Of a stretch of DNA of 57,673 nucleotides, positions 18,917 through 29,025 are shown in pieces; the stretch's first letter is position 1, and each line of letters starts with the position of its first letter. The translations under genes were made by a program, and so were the position numbers. Source of the DNA: Candidatus Omnitrophota bacterium (lineage in GTDB: Bacteria > Omnitrophota > Gorgyraeia > VGKN01). The DNA lies in NCBI GenBank assembly GCA_043800345.1, contig JAZDNB010000022.1, positions 1-57,673 of the forward strand, read 5' to 3'. A model generated the notes under the pieces. That model worked only from the letters and a program-made list of their open reading frames with translations. It ran no database searches and had not been told where the DNA came from.

Positions 18917-19816
18917 TCACCCTTTGATGCCCGTCAGTTTAATACCTTCGACAAAGAACCGTTGATTGAAAATAAATATCAGCATGATAGGCAAGGTTAC
19001 AATTACCGAACCTGCCATAAGAAGCCCCCACTCGGTACCATACGTACCCTGAAAATATGCCAGTCCCACCGGCAGGGTAAACTTTTCCGCAGAATTCATT
19101 ATGATGAGCGGCCACATGAACGACCCCCATGAGCCCATGAAGGTAAACGTAATAAGCGTAGCGAGCGCGGGTTTAGAAAGAGGTAAAATTATTCTCCAGT
19201 AAATGCCGAAAAAACTGCACCCGTCTATTTTTGCGGCGTCTTCCAGGTCCGACGGCAGCGTCATGAAAAACTGCCTCAGCATAAACGTGCCGTAGGCGCT
19301 GAACATCGCAGGCACCGTGAGCGCCTTGTAAGTATCCATCCATTTAAAAAGTTCGAATACGTGACCGAATAATGTTATTTTTAAATAACCGGACAGGAGG
19401 ATAAAAAGCGGGATAATGGTCACCGTTCCCGGTATCATCATCGTCGCCACATAGGCAAAAAAAAGTTTATCCCGTCCGGCAAATTTAAGGCGGCTGAACG
19501 AGTAGGCGGCAAGCGAACTTGTCGTAACCTGCCCAAGCGTCACCACCACCGCTACGAAAATGCTATTTATAAAAAACCGCGCAAACGGTATTTTTTTCCA
19601 TACGTTGATATAATTCCACCACGCAAGAGGCTCGGGTATAAAATTTTTAAAGGTAAGTCCTTTAAGAAGTATCCCCACATCCTGAAGCGAGGTGCCTATC
19701 ATCCATAAAAAAGGTATTACCATGGTGACGGCACCAAGGGAAAGCAGTATATACGCGGCCGCGTCCCCTATAAGCTCAGTCTTTGTTTTTTTCCTGCGCA
19801 GTTCTGATAGGTCCAT
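18917..19816 (-). CDS. Carbohydrate ABC transporter permease (MalG-like)
   Basis: FLRQFF-type segment, EAA loop DLEDAAKIDG, PLSKP, QRFFVEGI. Confidence 0.93.
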   Translation of the reverse strand: MDLSELRRKKTKTELIGDAAAYILLSLGAVTMVIPFLWMIGTSLQDVGILLKGLTFKNFIPEPLAWWNYINVWKKIPFARFFINSIFVAVVVTLGQVTTSSLAAYSFSRLKFAGRDKLFFAYVATMMIPGTVTIIPLFILLSGYLKITLFGHVFELFKWMDTYKALTVPAMFSAYGTFMLRQFFMTLPSDLEDAAKIDGCSFFGIYWRIILPLSKPALATLITFTFMGSWGSFMWPLIIMNSAEKFTLPVGLAYFQGTYGTEWGLLMAGSVIVTLPIMLIFIFNQRFFVEGIKLTGIKG

Positions 19817-19842
19817 ATCTTTAGTATAGGCTTGTCATGATA

Positions 19843-20745
19843 TTAATAATGCACTAATTTTCCGCCGTATCTCCAGTTAAAAAGAGTAACGATAAAAATA
19901 ACTACAAAAAGAAACCATGCGATGCTTGAGGCATACCCAAAATGCTGGTAGCTGTACAGTTTATCAAAGATATAGTACTCCAGTGTTTTCGTCGCCCCGT
20001 TAGGGCCTCCGCCGGTCATAATCCTTGCCGCCATAAATCCTCCCTGAAAACCCCCGATTATGCTCATTATGAAAATGAAAAATGTGGTAGGACTTATCAT
20101 AGGCCAGGTAATGGCCCAAAATTTCTGCCAGCTGTTCGCCCCGTCTATATCTGCTGCTTCATAAAAATCTTTGGAAATCCCCTGAAGGGCGGCCAGATAC
20201 AGTATCATATTATATCCCCCCAGGGTTGCCCATAAGCCCATAATCATGAGGGCGGGTTTTGCCCAGGCCTCCGAGGTAAGCCAGTGCAGGCTCTGGAGTT
20301 TCAACCCAAAAAATTTACCCATACTGGCAATAATCATATTTAAAAGCCCGTAGTCCGTGTTAAATATCCACATCCATAAAAGGCATATGGCAACACCTGC
20401 GGAAATTGTCGGCAAAAAATATACCGTCCTGAAAAATACTATCCCCTTTAATTTCCTGTTCAATAAAACAGCGATCAAAAGTGAACCCATAATACCTATA
20501 GGTATGGCCATCATAAAATATATGGTATTGCCAAAATACTTCCAAAAATATGGGTCCTTCATCAGCATGGTAAAATTCTTAAACCCTATAAAACGGGCAG
20601 CGGTAATAGGGGGGGTCATATTCCACTCTACGAAACTAAGTACCAGCGAGGCAACGATCGGAAACAGGGTAAAGATTAAGAACCCTACGAGATTAGGCAA
20701 TAAAAAAATATACGCCCACATAGCTTCTTTCGCCCGTGCTCTCAT
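19843..20745 (-). CDS. Carbohydrate ABC transporter permease (MalF-like)
   Basis: FIGFKNF, FRTVYFLP, YLAALQGI, FYEAADIDGA, GGGP. Start placed at ATG 20745 (ATGA overlap with the cysS stop); the track starts at 20760. Confidence 0.93.
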   Translation of the reverse strand: MRARAKEAMWAYIFLLPNLVGFLIFTLFPIVASLVLSFVEWNMTPPITAARFIGFKNFTMLMKDPYFWKYFGNTIYFMMAIPIGIMGSLLIAVLLNRKLKGIVFFRTVYFLPTISAGVAICLLWMWIFNTDYGLLNMIIASMGKFFGLKLQSLHWLTSEAWAKPALMIMGLWATLGGYNMILYLAALQGISKDFYEAADIDGANSWQKFWAITWPMISPTTFFIFIMSIIGGFQGGFMAARIMTGGGPNGATKTLEYYIFDKLYSYQHFGYASSIAWFLFVVIFIVTLFNWRYGGKLVHY

Positions 20746-22211
20746 ACTTTCTTTCTCCACATCGTCTTTTTTGTGCTGTCTTCTAAAATTATTCCTAACT
20801 CCAAAAGTCGTTCTCTTATTAAATCTGAAGTCTTGAAATCTTTGTTTTTTCTTGCATGTTCCCTGAGCTCTATCAAAAATTCAACCAGGTGAACGTTTAA
20901 TGCATCATCCTGTGTTTGAGCGCTGGGTTTAGTAAAAAGGCCGAATAGCCGGCCGAGTTCTAAAATTGTTTCTTTTGCATACGCTAAGACAGAATATTTA
21001 TGATCATTTGTTAGTACCACATCTTCTAAAAGCTTATTTGAAAGCGTCACCAGGTCAAAAAGGAAACCGCTTGCCAGTGCGGTGTTAAAATCATCATCCA
21101 TGGCCTCTATAAAAGAATTTTTTAACCCGTCTATCTTCTCCTTTAGACTTCCGGGAATATCTGCCTTGGTTACTTTTACAGATATCTCTTGTAAAAAAGA
21201 GTCGATCTTATTAAACAGTATATAAAATCGCTCAAGGGCTTTCTTTTGCTCATCCATCTTCTCATAAGTAAAATCCTGCGGACTGGCGTAATGGTTTGAC
21301 ATGAAAAAAAGTCTCAACACCTCTTGGTCATATTCACTCAGGAGATTGGCAACGGTAATAAAATTTCCCAGGGACTTTGACATTTTCTCCCCGCTCACCG
21401 AGAGCAACCCGTTATGCATCCAGTAATGCGCAAAAGGCTTATCGGTATGTGCACAGGATTGTGCTATTTCATTTTCATGGTGGGGGAAAACAAGGTCAAG
21501 GCCTCCTCCGTGTATATCAAAAGTCTCCCCAAGGTACTTCATGCTCATAAGAGAACATTCGATATGCCAACCGGGTCTTCCCTTTCCCCAGGGGCTCACC
21601 CAGAAAGGCTCGTCTTCTTTCGCTGATTTCCAGAGGGCAAAATCAAGTTTATCTTTCTTGCCTTTTTCTACGTCGACTCTTACGCCGGAGAGCATATGTT
21701 CCAAATCCTGGTTTGAAAGCCTGCCATAATCTTTAAACTTTCCAACTGAGAAGTAGACACTCCCATCCGCCTCATATGCATAATTCTTGTTAATCAGTTG
21801 TTCTATCATCTTTATAATATCGGGTATGTGTTCCGTTGCCCTGGGCTCTATATCGGGTTTCTCAACTCCCAGGTTTTCCATATCCCTGTAATATAGTTTT
21901 ATATACCGCTTAACAACTTCCTGGCACATCTCTTTAAGCAGTTTTATACCTGCACTAACCTTGGCAAGCGTACGTGCCTTCTCTATGATTTTATCGTCTA
22001 TATCGGTTATATTCTTAACAAACGTCACCTTAAAACCCCTGTACCTGAAATATTTCCTTATTACATCAAACATCACGGCGCTTCGGGCATGGCCTATATG
22101 GCATTCGTCATACACGGTAACGCCGCAGACATACACGGTAACTTCACCGGGGGTTATCGGGAGAAATTCTTCTTTTTTCCTCGTAAGCGTGTTATATATT
22201 CTTATCGGCAT
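20742..22211 (-). CDS. cysS: Cysteinyl-tRNA synthetase
   Basis: YVCGVTVYD, HIGH, GRPGWHIEC, FPHHENE, KMSKS, MDDDFNT; start MPIRIYN at 22211. Confidence 0.97.
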   Translation of the reverse strand: MPIRIYNTLTRKKEEFLPITPGEVTVYVCGVTVYDECHIGHARSAVMFDVIRKYFRYRGFKVTFVKNITDIDDKIIEKARTLAKVSAGIKLLKEMCQEVVKRYIKLYYRDMENLGVEKPDIEPRATEHIPDIIKMIEQLINKNYAYEADGSVYFSVGKFKDYGRLSNQDLEHMLSGVRVDVEKGKKDKLDFALWKSAKEDEPFWVSPWGKGRPGWHIECSLMSMKYLGETFDIHGGGLDLVFPHHENEIAQSCAHTDKPFAHYWMHNGLLSVSGEKMSKSLGNFITVANLLSEYDQEVLRLFFMSNHYASPQDFTYEKMDEQKKALERFYILFNKIDSFLQEISVKVTKADIPGSLKEKIDGLKNSFIEAMDDDFNTALASGFLFDLVTLSNKLLEDVVLTNDHKYSVLAYAKETILELGRLFGLFTKPSAQTQDDALNVHLVEFLIELREHARKNKDFKTSDLIRERLLELGIILEDSTKKTMWRKKV

Positions 22212-22212
22212 T

Positions 22213-22917
22213 TTACTTTTTCTCTTTATGGTGTTTGAGCTCACTTTCTATTAAATCTATTTCTTTCTGTATTCTTTCAAGCGCCTGCGACAACGGGTCG
22301 GGGAGATTCGTATGGTCAAGGCTTATTTCGGTAATTTTCCTGCCCTCTTTTTTTGCGATCCTTCCGGGAACTCCGACGACGGTAGAATTATCCGGGACAT
22401 CCTTAATGACTACGGCGTTTGCCCCTATATTGACATTATTGCCTACTTTTATATTTCCGAGTACTTTTGCCCCCGCCCCTACTACGACATTGCTTCCGAT
22501 GGTGGGATGACGTTTTCCTTTTTCCTTTCCCGTCCCCCCGAGGGTCGCACCCTGAAACAGCGTAACGTTATCCCCGATCTCGGTAGTCTGCCCTATTACA
22601 ACGCCCATACCATGGTCTATGAACAGGCCTTTTCCTATTCGTGCACCCGGATGTATCTCTATACCGGTCAAAAACCTCGCACACTGGGATAACATCCTTG
22701 GCACTAAAGGGATTTTCCAGTTAAAGAGGACATGTGCTATTCTATAGAATACAATCGCATGGAGGCCTGAATAGGTCAGTATAATTTCAAGCGAAGAACT
22801 TGCGGCAGGGTCCCGTGCGAGCGTCGCGGCAATTTCCTCTCTGAATACGAGAGCAATGACGAGAATCTTTAGTACAAATATACCTAATAAAACTAAGGGC
22901 ACATACAGGCATATCAT
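22213..22917 (-). CDS. cysE: Serine O-acetyltransferase with hydrophobic N-terminal extension
   Basis: [38 protein letters not shown] hexapeptide repeats. Confidence 0.94.
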   Translation of the reverse strand: MICLYVPLVLLGIFVLKILVIALVFREEIAATLARDPAASSSLEIILTYSGLHAIVFYRIAHVLFNWKIPLVPRMLSQCARFLTGIEIHPGARIGKGLFIDHGMGVVIGQTTEIGDNVTLFQGATLGGTGKEKGKRHPTIGSNVVVGAGAKVLGNIKVGNNVNIGANAVVIKDVPDNSTVVGVPGRIAKKEGRKITEISLDHTNLPDPLSQALERIQKEIDLIESELKHHKEKK

Positions 22918-22951
22918 ATTACACCTCTACGTAGTAACGACCACCGACAAC

Positions 22952-23437
22952 CTACATCTTGGTCTTTAACTTTTTTATAGTTATCACGGCATATGCCGCA
23001 ATCGCATTACCCCGGCCTATATCACCGAGGCCTTCGTTAGTTTTTGCTTTTACATTAACGGACCTGTAGGGCAAGTCTAATGTCTTTGCAATGCATGTTC
23101 TTATGTTTTCTTTAAATAGAAAGAGCTTTGGCTTTTCTAATAATACGGTAGAATCTATATTGTTAATCTCATAGCCTTTCTTTCTCACAAGACTATGCAC
23201 GTTTCTAAGGAGTATCATACTTGAAATCCCTCTATAACGGGGATCCGTATCGGGAAACTGTTCGCCGATATCAGGCTCTCCGAGCGCACCAAGGAGCGCA
23301 TCGCATATGGCATGGGTAAGCACATCCGCATCCGAATGTCCGAGAAGCCCCTTTTCGGAGGCAATAGCTACCCCTCCCAAAATTAATTTTCTGTTTTTTG
23401 ACGTCCTGTGAATATCATAGCCTATCCCTATCTTCAC
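22952..23437 (-). CDS. ispF: 2-C-methyl-D-erythritol 2,4-cyclodiphosphate synthase
   Basis: GIGYDIH, GHSDAD, DIG..FP, KAKTNE. Confidence 0.96.
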   Translation of the reverse strand: MKIGIGYDIHRTSKNRKLILGGVAIASEKGLLGHSDADVLTHAICDALLGALGEPDIGEQFPDTDPRYRGISSMILLRNVHSLVRKKGYEINNIDSTVLLEKPKLFLFKENIRTCIAKTLDLPYRSVNVKAKTNEGLGDIGRGNAIAAYAVITIKKLKTKM

Positions 23438-24135
23438 TTAGACACTGATCCTTTTAAGACTTCATATATCTTCTCAGCAAGCACGATATCTTCCGGCGTA
23501 GTTATTTTTATATTATAATAGGACCCTTCCACCATCCTTATTTTTGCTTTTAGTTTTTCAACTACCGATGCATCATCGCTGAAATAACCTTTACGGTAAA
23601 ATCTCGCGTAGGCATCAAGGACCAATTTTTTTCTAAACACCTGCGGAGTCTGAATCTGCCATAGGTATCTTCTATCCAATGTCCTTTTTACTACATTATT
23701 TTTTATCTCTTTAATAGTATCTTTAAGCGGCATGCCTACGCACGCAGCCCCAAAGCGTAAAGCTGCGTTACAGGACCTCCTGATTATATCTTCTGTCAAA
23801 AACGGCCGTGCACAATCATGAATCATAACGAGCGTATAATCGCTTTCCCGTATGGCTAAGAGTGCGTTATATACCGATTCATGTCGCGTCTTACCGCCTT
23901 CGATACACAACCGTGCCTTAGATATCCTGTATCTTCGTATAATATCCGACTCGACACTGCCTACAAAATCCCTGTGTGCTACTACTACAATGGCGCTAAC
24001 AAGAGGGCTCTTGTTAAGGACCCCTAACGTATGTGCAAGGAGGGGTCTTCCCTTAATAGAGACAAACGGCTTGGCTATATCATTACCGAGCCGTACACCC
24101 TTTCCTGCTGCAGGAACAATCGCGACTACTTTCAT
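23434..24135 (-). CDS. ispD: 2-C-methyl-D-erythritol 4-phosphate cytidylyltransferase
   Basis: PAAGKGVR, IHDCARP, QTPQ, NIKITTPED. Confidence 0.96.
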   Translation of the reverse strand: MKVVAIVPAAGKGVRLGNDIAKPFVSIKGRPLLAHTLGVLNKSPLVSAIVVVAHRDFVGSVESDIIRRYRISKARLCIEGGKTRHESVYNALLAIRESDYTLVMIHDCARPFLTEDIIRRSCNAALRFGAACVGMPLKDTIKEIKNNVVKRTLDRRYLWQIQTPQVFRKKLVLDAYARFYRKGYFSDDASVVEKLKAKIRMVEGSYYNIKITTPEDIVLAEKIYEVLKGSVSK

Positions 24136-24251
24136 GTATAATGTACACCGTCTATAATAGATCTCGGTTACTAAAAAATCATGCTGGCAGATGATAGCAC
24201 GCCATGTATGTTATCCCGGCCCTTAGAAAAAAGGCTCAGGTCACGGCTACA

Positions 24252-25256
24252 TCACCTATGATTGCTCTCTAATTTTGAAAAAATCATTCTGCCGGCGGAT
24301 GTCTGCAATACGCTTGTGACGATGACCTTAAGCACCTGGCCTATCATATGCTTGCCGTTTTCAACCACCACCATAGTACCGTCGTCAAGGTATCCTATAC
24401 CCTGATTAAACTCTTTTCCTTCTTTTATAACCCTTACCTCAAGCTCTTCTCCCGGAAGCACAACAATGCGCAGCGCATTTGCAAGGTCATTAATGTTTAA
24501 AACGGGTATCCGTTCCAGTTCCGCAACCTTGTTAAGGTTAAAATCATTGGTAAACACCTTTGCATTCATAATCTTAGCCAGCCGTATCAGCTTGCCGTCA
24601 ACATCGGCTATATCGGGAAAATCTTCTTCTTCTATCTTTACGCCGATATTTGTATTCTTTTGAATCTTGTTAAGGATATCAAGCCCGCGCCTGCCTCTTG
24701 CCCGTTTTAAAGAGTCCTGCGAATCTGCTATCTGTTGTAGTTCCCTGAGTATAAATCGCGGGATTATGAATTTCCCGCTCACAAATTTAGTGGTGCACAA
24801 ATCCGCAATTCTGCCGTCGATAATCACGGATGTATCAAGCAGTATAATATCTTCGACTACATCCTGACGTGTAAATTTAACATACGGTATGATAAGATTA
24901 AATTCGTCCTTCCCCCTTAGTGCAAGCACCATACCCAGATAACTGAAAACAAGCGTGACAACCGTCTGGAATATAATCGAAAACGTCTCATTGAGAGAAG
25001 AGACAAAAAAAGAGTTGGATAAAATTTTTGCAAGGAGTATACCGAGTATTAACCCGAATACTGCCGCAGAAAGACCCCTGAGCGATACCTTTTTCATAGC
25101 CATTTCAAGCAAAAGGATTATCACTGCACCGCCGATACCGATACCCATGCCGATAAGCGGAGCAAATTTAAATGCCTTCTCAAAAAGAACACCTACCTGC
25201 TGTCCGGCTACACCGCTTATGATAATAAAAAAAATCCGTATAAATAATAGCGTCAC
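24252..25256 (-). CDS. yacL: Membrane PIN/TRAM-domain protein (YacL family)
   Basis: TM helices, [49 protein letters not shown]. Confidence 0.92.
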   Translation of the reverse strand: MTLLFIRIFFIIISGVAGQQVGVLFEKAFKFAPLIGMGIGIGGAVIILLLEMAMKKVSLRGLSAAVFGLILGILLAKILSNSFFVSSLNETFSIIFQTVVTLVFSYLGMVLALRGKDEFNLIIPYVKFTRQDVVEDIILLDTSVIIDGRIADLCTTKFVSGKFIIPRFILRELQQIADSQDSLKRARGRRGLDILNKIQKNTNIGVKIEEEDFPDIADVDGKLIRLAKIMNAKVFTNDFNLNKVAELERIPVLNINDLANALRIVVLPGEELEVRVIKEGKEFNQGIGYLDDGTMVVVENGKHMIGQVLKVIVTSVLQTSAGRMIFSKLESNHR

Positions 25257-25319
25257 TTTCTATGCCTCCTTTTTTATAATGTGCTTATGATAACGTACTA
25301 CCTCTAAAAGTAATAGTAC

Positions 25320-26681
25320 CTATTGAAACAATATATCCAATGCTGTTTTTATCGAATCAGTACCTATTAATTCTAACTTTGCATTAACTTTCTTAGCCTC
25401 TTCCATATTAAACTTTGAGATAACTGCTCTTTTAAATCCGAGTTTTTCTGCCTCGGCTATTCTTTTTGTAACCTCATCAACGGCCCGGATTTCTCCTCCA
25501 AGTCCGAGTTCTCCGAATACGATATCATCTTTTTTAGTTGGGGTATCTTTAAAACTCGAGGCAATCGCAACCGCTATTCCCAGATCACATGCAGGCTCAT
25601 CTATTTTTATCCCGCCCGCTACATTTATATATATGTCTTTACTGGCGAGATTAAGAGCTACCCGTTTTTCCAATATGGCGATAAGAACTGACGTACGGTT
25701 GAAATCCACTCCCGTAACGCGTCTGCGCGGAAGCGTCATATTAGAGACGCCCACTAAGGCCTGTATTTCAACAAGAAGCGGCCGTGTACCCTCGACGGTA
25801 GGTACGACCACGGAACCCGCCGTCCTCTCCGGTCTTTGGGAAAGCAACATCTCCGACGGGTTTTCAACTGTTACGAGTCCTGCGCCTGACATCTGGAACA
25901 GCCCTACCTCATTGGTGGAACCGAATCTGTTTTTGGTTGAGCGCAGAATCCTGAAATTTGTATGGGATTCTCCTTCAAAATACAACACCGTATCAACAAT
26001 ATGTTCGAGCACTCGTGGGCCTGCAATCGAACCATCTTTGGTCATATGTCCTATGATAAACATTGCTATTGATGAATTTTTTGCTAAAAATACAAGTTCT
26101 CCCGCACACTCTCTCACCTGACTTACGCTACCCGGGCTTGAGGTAATCCTGTCGCTATAGAGAACCTGAATGGAATCTATTATGACCGCAGACGGCTTAA
26201 GTCTCTTTATATAATCGACGATAAGCGTAAGACTTGTTTCGCTTAAAATATATAAATTCTTCGAAGAAACCCCCAAGCGCTCCGCTCGTAATTTTGTCTG
26301 CCTGACTGACTCTTCTCCGCTCACATATAAGACAACCTTTCCGTCCCTGCTTAACATATCGGATGCCTGAAGCAGTAAGGTCGATTTTCCAATGCCCGGG
26401 TCTCCCCCCACCAGGACTACGGAACCTACGACAAGGCCTCCCCCCAGTATCCTGTCGAGTTCCTTGAGTCCGCAATCAAACCTTATTTCATCAAGCGTCT
26501 CAACATCAGAGATAGGCTGCGGTCCCTGATGAGAAAGTTCCCTGATTATGCCTGTGCGCGGCTGTTCGCTGACAAATTCTTCAACAAATGAATTCCAGCT
26601 GTTACAGTCGGGGCATCTCCCCTGCCATTTAATGGATTTATAGCCGCACTCCTGGCACGTAAAGAATGTTTTTTCTTTCAT
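25320..26681 (-). CDS. radA: DNA repair protein RadA/Sms
   Basis: CQECG...CPDC zinc finger, GDPGIGKST, KNRFG, Lon-like C-terminus. Confidence 0.97.
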   Translation of the reverse strand: MKEKTFFTCQECGYKSIKWQGRCPDCNSWNSFVEEFVSEQPRTGIIRELSHQGPQPISDVETLDEIRFDCGLKELDRILGGGLVVGSVVLVGGDPGIGKSTLLLQASDMLSRDGKVVLYVSGEESVRQTKLRAERLGVSSKNLYILSETSLTLIVDYIKRLKPSAVIIDSIQVLYSDRITSSPGSVSQVRECAGELVFLAKNSSIAMFIIGHMTKDGSIAGPRVLEHIVDTVLYFEGESHTNFRILRSTKNRFGSTNEVGLFQMSGAGLVTVENPSEMLLSQRPERTAGSVVVPTVEGTRPLLVEIQALVGVSNMTLPRRRVTGVDFNRTSVLIAILEKRVALNLASKDIYINVAGGIKIDEPACDLGIAVAIASSFKDTPTKKDDIVFGELGLGGEIRAVDEVTKRIAEAEKLGFKRAVISKFNMEEAKKVNAKLELIGTDSIKTALDILFQ

Positions 26682-26725
26682 TCTGGTTATCGTATCTTAT
26701 CGGATTATCCCTAGGGCTGTCTTCT

Positions 26726-27457
26726 TTACTTACCCTTTTTGGGAGATTCTTCTTTTGTCTTTACTAAAAGTTTCCAAGGATGCCGCTTGATATCCTGGAT
26801 GAAATCTTCTAGTTGTTTATACAGGCCTTCGTCAACAAGGAGTTTTCCGATCGTACCTTCTCCTTTTTCTATTTTGCTTAGAATATTTTTTGCCGATTTT
26901 GTTGATTCTTGAACGTTGGCGAAAGCATCCCTTACATCCTGTTTGAACTTTTCGTCCTTCAATAGGCTATTGACATACTCCATTGCCGTATCAAATTTTT
27001 TAATTACATCCAGGGCCTTTTCCGTTACATTTTCTATGGAGACAGGGTCTTGTCCTATCAGTACATCATTTTCTTTTAAGAGATTTTGGTTATTCTCTCC
27101 GGGTATGATTTCTACATATTTTTCTCCTAACAGGCCGAGCGTATTGATATATACCTTTGCATCTGCCTGCACCTTTATATCTTGCTCAAGCCATGTATAC
27201 ACCTCAACTTTTGTGGTGCCGGCCTGGGGTTCATTTTTAATGAAGATTTCCTTTACCTCTCCTACACTCACCCCTGCTACCCTCACCGGAGCGCCAACCT
27301 CAAGGCCATTGGCAAAGTTAAAAAGTATCTTGATGGTATAGCCGACCCTGAAAAAATTTTTTCCGCCTATAGAAAAAACAATTATGGTTAATATAATAAT
27401 GCCGATAAACACAAATATGCCTACCTTCACCTCCAAATTATTTTTCTGCCTTATCAT
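26726..27457 (-). CDS. mlaD: MCE/MlaD family protein
   Basis: VKVGIFV TM, GLEVGAPVRVAGVSVGEV, GLLGEKYVEI.PG, helical tail with GEGTIGKLL. Confidence 0.9.
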   Translation of the reverse strand: MIRQKNNLEVKVGIFVFIGIIILTIIVFSIGGKNFFRVGYTIKILFNFANGLEVGAPVRVAGVSVGEVKEIFIKNEPQAGTTKVEVYTWLEQDIKVQADAKVYINTLGLLGEKYVEIIPGENNQNLLKENDVLIGQDPVSIENVTEKALDVIKKFDTAMEYVNSLLKDEKFKQDVRDAFANVQESTKSAKNILSKIEKGEGTIGKLLVDEGLYKQLEDFIQDIKRHPWKLLVKTKEESPKKGK

Positions 27458-27476
27458 ATCCTCACCGCCTTTTACG

Positions 27477-28226
27477 TTAAACTTTTTCTTCCGTTATGGG
27501 CCCTGTTGCAAGCCCCATAATGAATTGATGAACAATCGGGTTTTTAGTACTCTTTATCTCATCGGGCGTGCCCACGCCGACAATTTTTCCTTTATAAAGC
27601 ATGGCAATCCGTGTTGCAATCTTATAAGCACTGGTCATATCATGCGTAACTACAATTGAGGTAATATGCAATTTTTTTCCTAAGTCCACGATAAGTTCAT
27701 TAATGGCATCCGCCATAATCGGGTCCACCCCGGTTGTCGGTTCGTCATAGAGTACTATCTGGGGGTTAGTGCATATTGCGCGCGCAAGCCCGACGCGTTT
27801 TCTCATGCCTCCGCTCAATTCCGACGGCTTCAGATCCTCTATCCCTTCTAAGCCCACCATATGAAGACATTCGTGGATCCTGGGAATTATTATTTCTTCT
27901 TTTTCCCTTCTTTCCTTCAGGGAAAATCCCACGTTTTCGCCGACACTGAGCGAATCAAAGAGTGCCGCTCCCTGAAAAAGCATGCCGAAGTTAAGTCTAA
28001 GAAGGTTGAGCTCTTTTTCATTCATCCTCGTAATATCCTTGCCGTCAATGAGTACCTGGCCTGAATCGGGTTTCATAATACCGATAGTATGCTTAAGTAA
28101 CACGCTTTTCCCGCAACCGCTTCTTCCTATAATAACCATTGTCTCGCCCGATTCAATGGTAAGATTGATATTATCCAGCACTAAATGATCGTTGAAAGAT
28201 TTACAGAGATTAATTATTTCTATCAT
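27477..28226 (-). CDS. mlaF: MlaF/Mkl ABC ATPase
   Basis: GRSGCGKS, FQGAALFDS, LSGGMRKRVGLARA, YDEPT, VTHD; start MIEIINL at 28226. Confidence 0.92.
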   Translation of the reverse strand: MIEIINLCKSFNDHLVLDNINLTIESGETMVIIGRSGCGKSVLLKHTIGIMKPDSGQVLIDGKDITRMNEKELNLLRLNFGMLFQGAALFDSLSVGENVGFSLKERREKEEIIIPRIHECLHMVGLEGIEDLKPSELSGGMRKRVGLARAICTNPQIVLYDEPTTGVDPIMADAINELIVDLGKKLHITSIVVTHDMTSAYKIATRIAMLYKGKIVGVGTPDEIKSTKNPIVHQFIMGLATGPITEEKV

Positions 28227-28243
28227 AGCTTTATATGTAATAG

Positions 28244-29020
28244 TTAAAATGCAAAATAAAATATTGCGGTGAACAGACAATCAGCGGCAATTATCAGTAT
28301 AAATGCAAATACCACGGAAAGCGTGGTAGACCTTCCGACCCCCTCGGCGCCGCCCTCCGTTCGAAAACCTTCATAGCAACCGACTATAGCAATGATCATC
28401 GCAAATACAACACTCTTAAAAAGTCCTGAAAATAAATCTTTAAACATCAAAGGTTCATACGTCATTTTAAGATATATGCTGTGGCTTATTCCGAGTTTGT
28501 ATACCCCTACGAGATACCCGCCAAACATTCCGATAAAATCTGCATAAATGGTTAAAATAGGCAGCATGATAACCGCCGCTAAAAATCTTGGCACCACAAG
28601 ATACTGTACGGGATTAGTGGCCAGTGTCTGAAGCGCATCTATTTGTTCCGTAACCTTCATCGTACCGAGCTCTGCGGTAATTGAAGCACCAACCCTCCCG
28701 GCAACTACAAGAGCGGTAAGCACGGGCCCCAATTCTCTCGTCATAGAAAGCGCTACAAGGCTTGCGATATATAACTGTGCCGATATCTTCTGCATCTGAT
28801 AGGCGCTCTGCAGGGCAAGCACGATTCCCGTAAACATACCCGTTAATGAGATAATAGGAAAACTGTTCACGCCGATTTTGTTCATCTGGTCAAACAGCTG
28901 ATGTTTCCTGAGACGGCTTGTGAACATCCAAAAGATGGTTTGATAAAACAACAGCGATATCGCACCGATGTAATTAAAAAATGCCAGTAATCTTTTTCCG
29001 AAACGAACCGTTATATCCAT
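28244..29020 (-). CDS. mlaE: MlaE permease
   Basis: RELGPVLTAL..AGRVGA..AELGTM.VTEQIDAL, GAEGVG. Confidence 0.95.
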   Translation of the reverse strand: MDITVRFGKRLLAFFNYIGAISLLFYQTIFWMFTSRLRKHQLFDQMNKIGVNSFPIISLTGMFTGIVLALQSAYQMQKISAQLYIASLVALSMTRELGPVLTALVVAGRVGASITAELGTMKVTEQIDALQTLATNPVQYLVVPRFLAAVIMLPILTIYADFIGMFGGYLVGVYKLGISHSIYLKMTYEPLMFKDLFSGLFKSVVFAMIIAIVGCYEGFRTEGGAEGVGRSTTLSVVFAFILIIAADCLFTAIFYFAF

Positions 29021-29025
29021 ATTCG

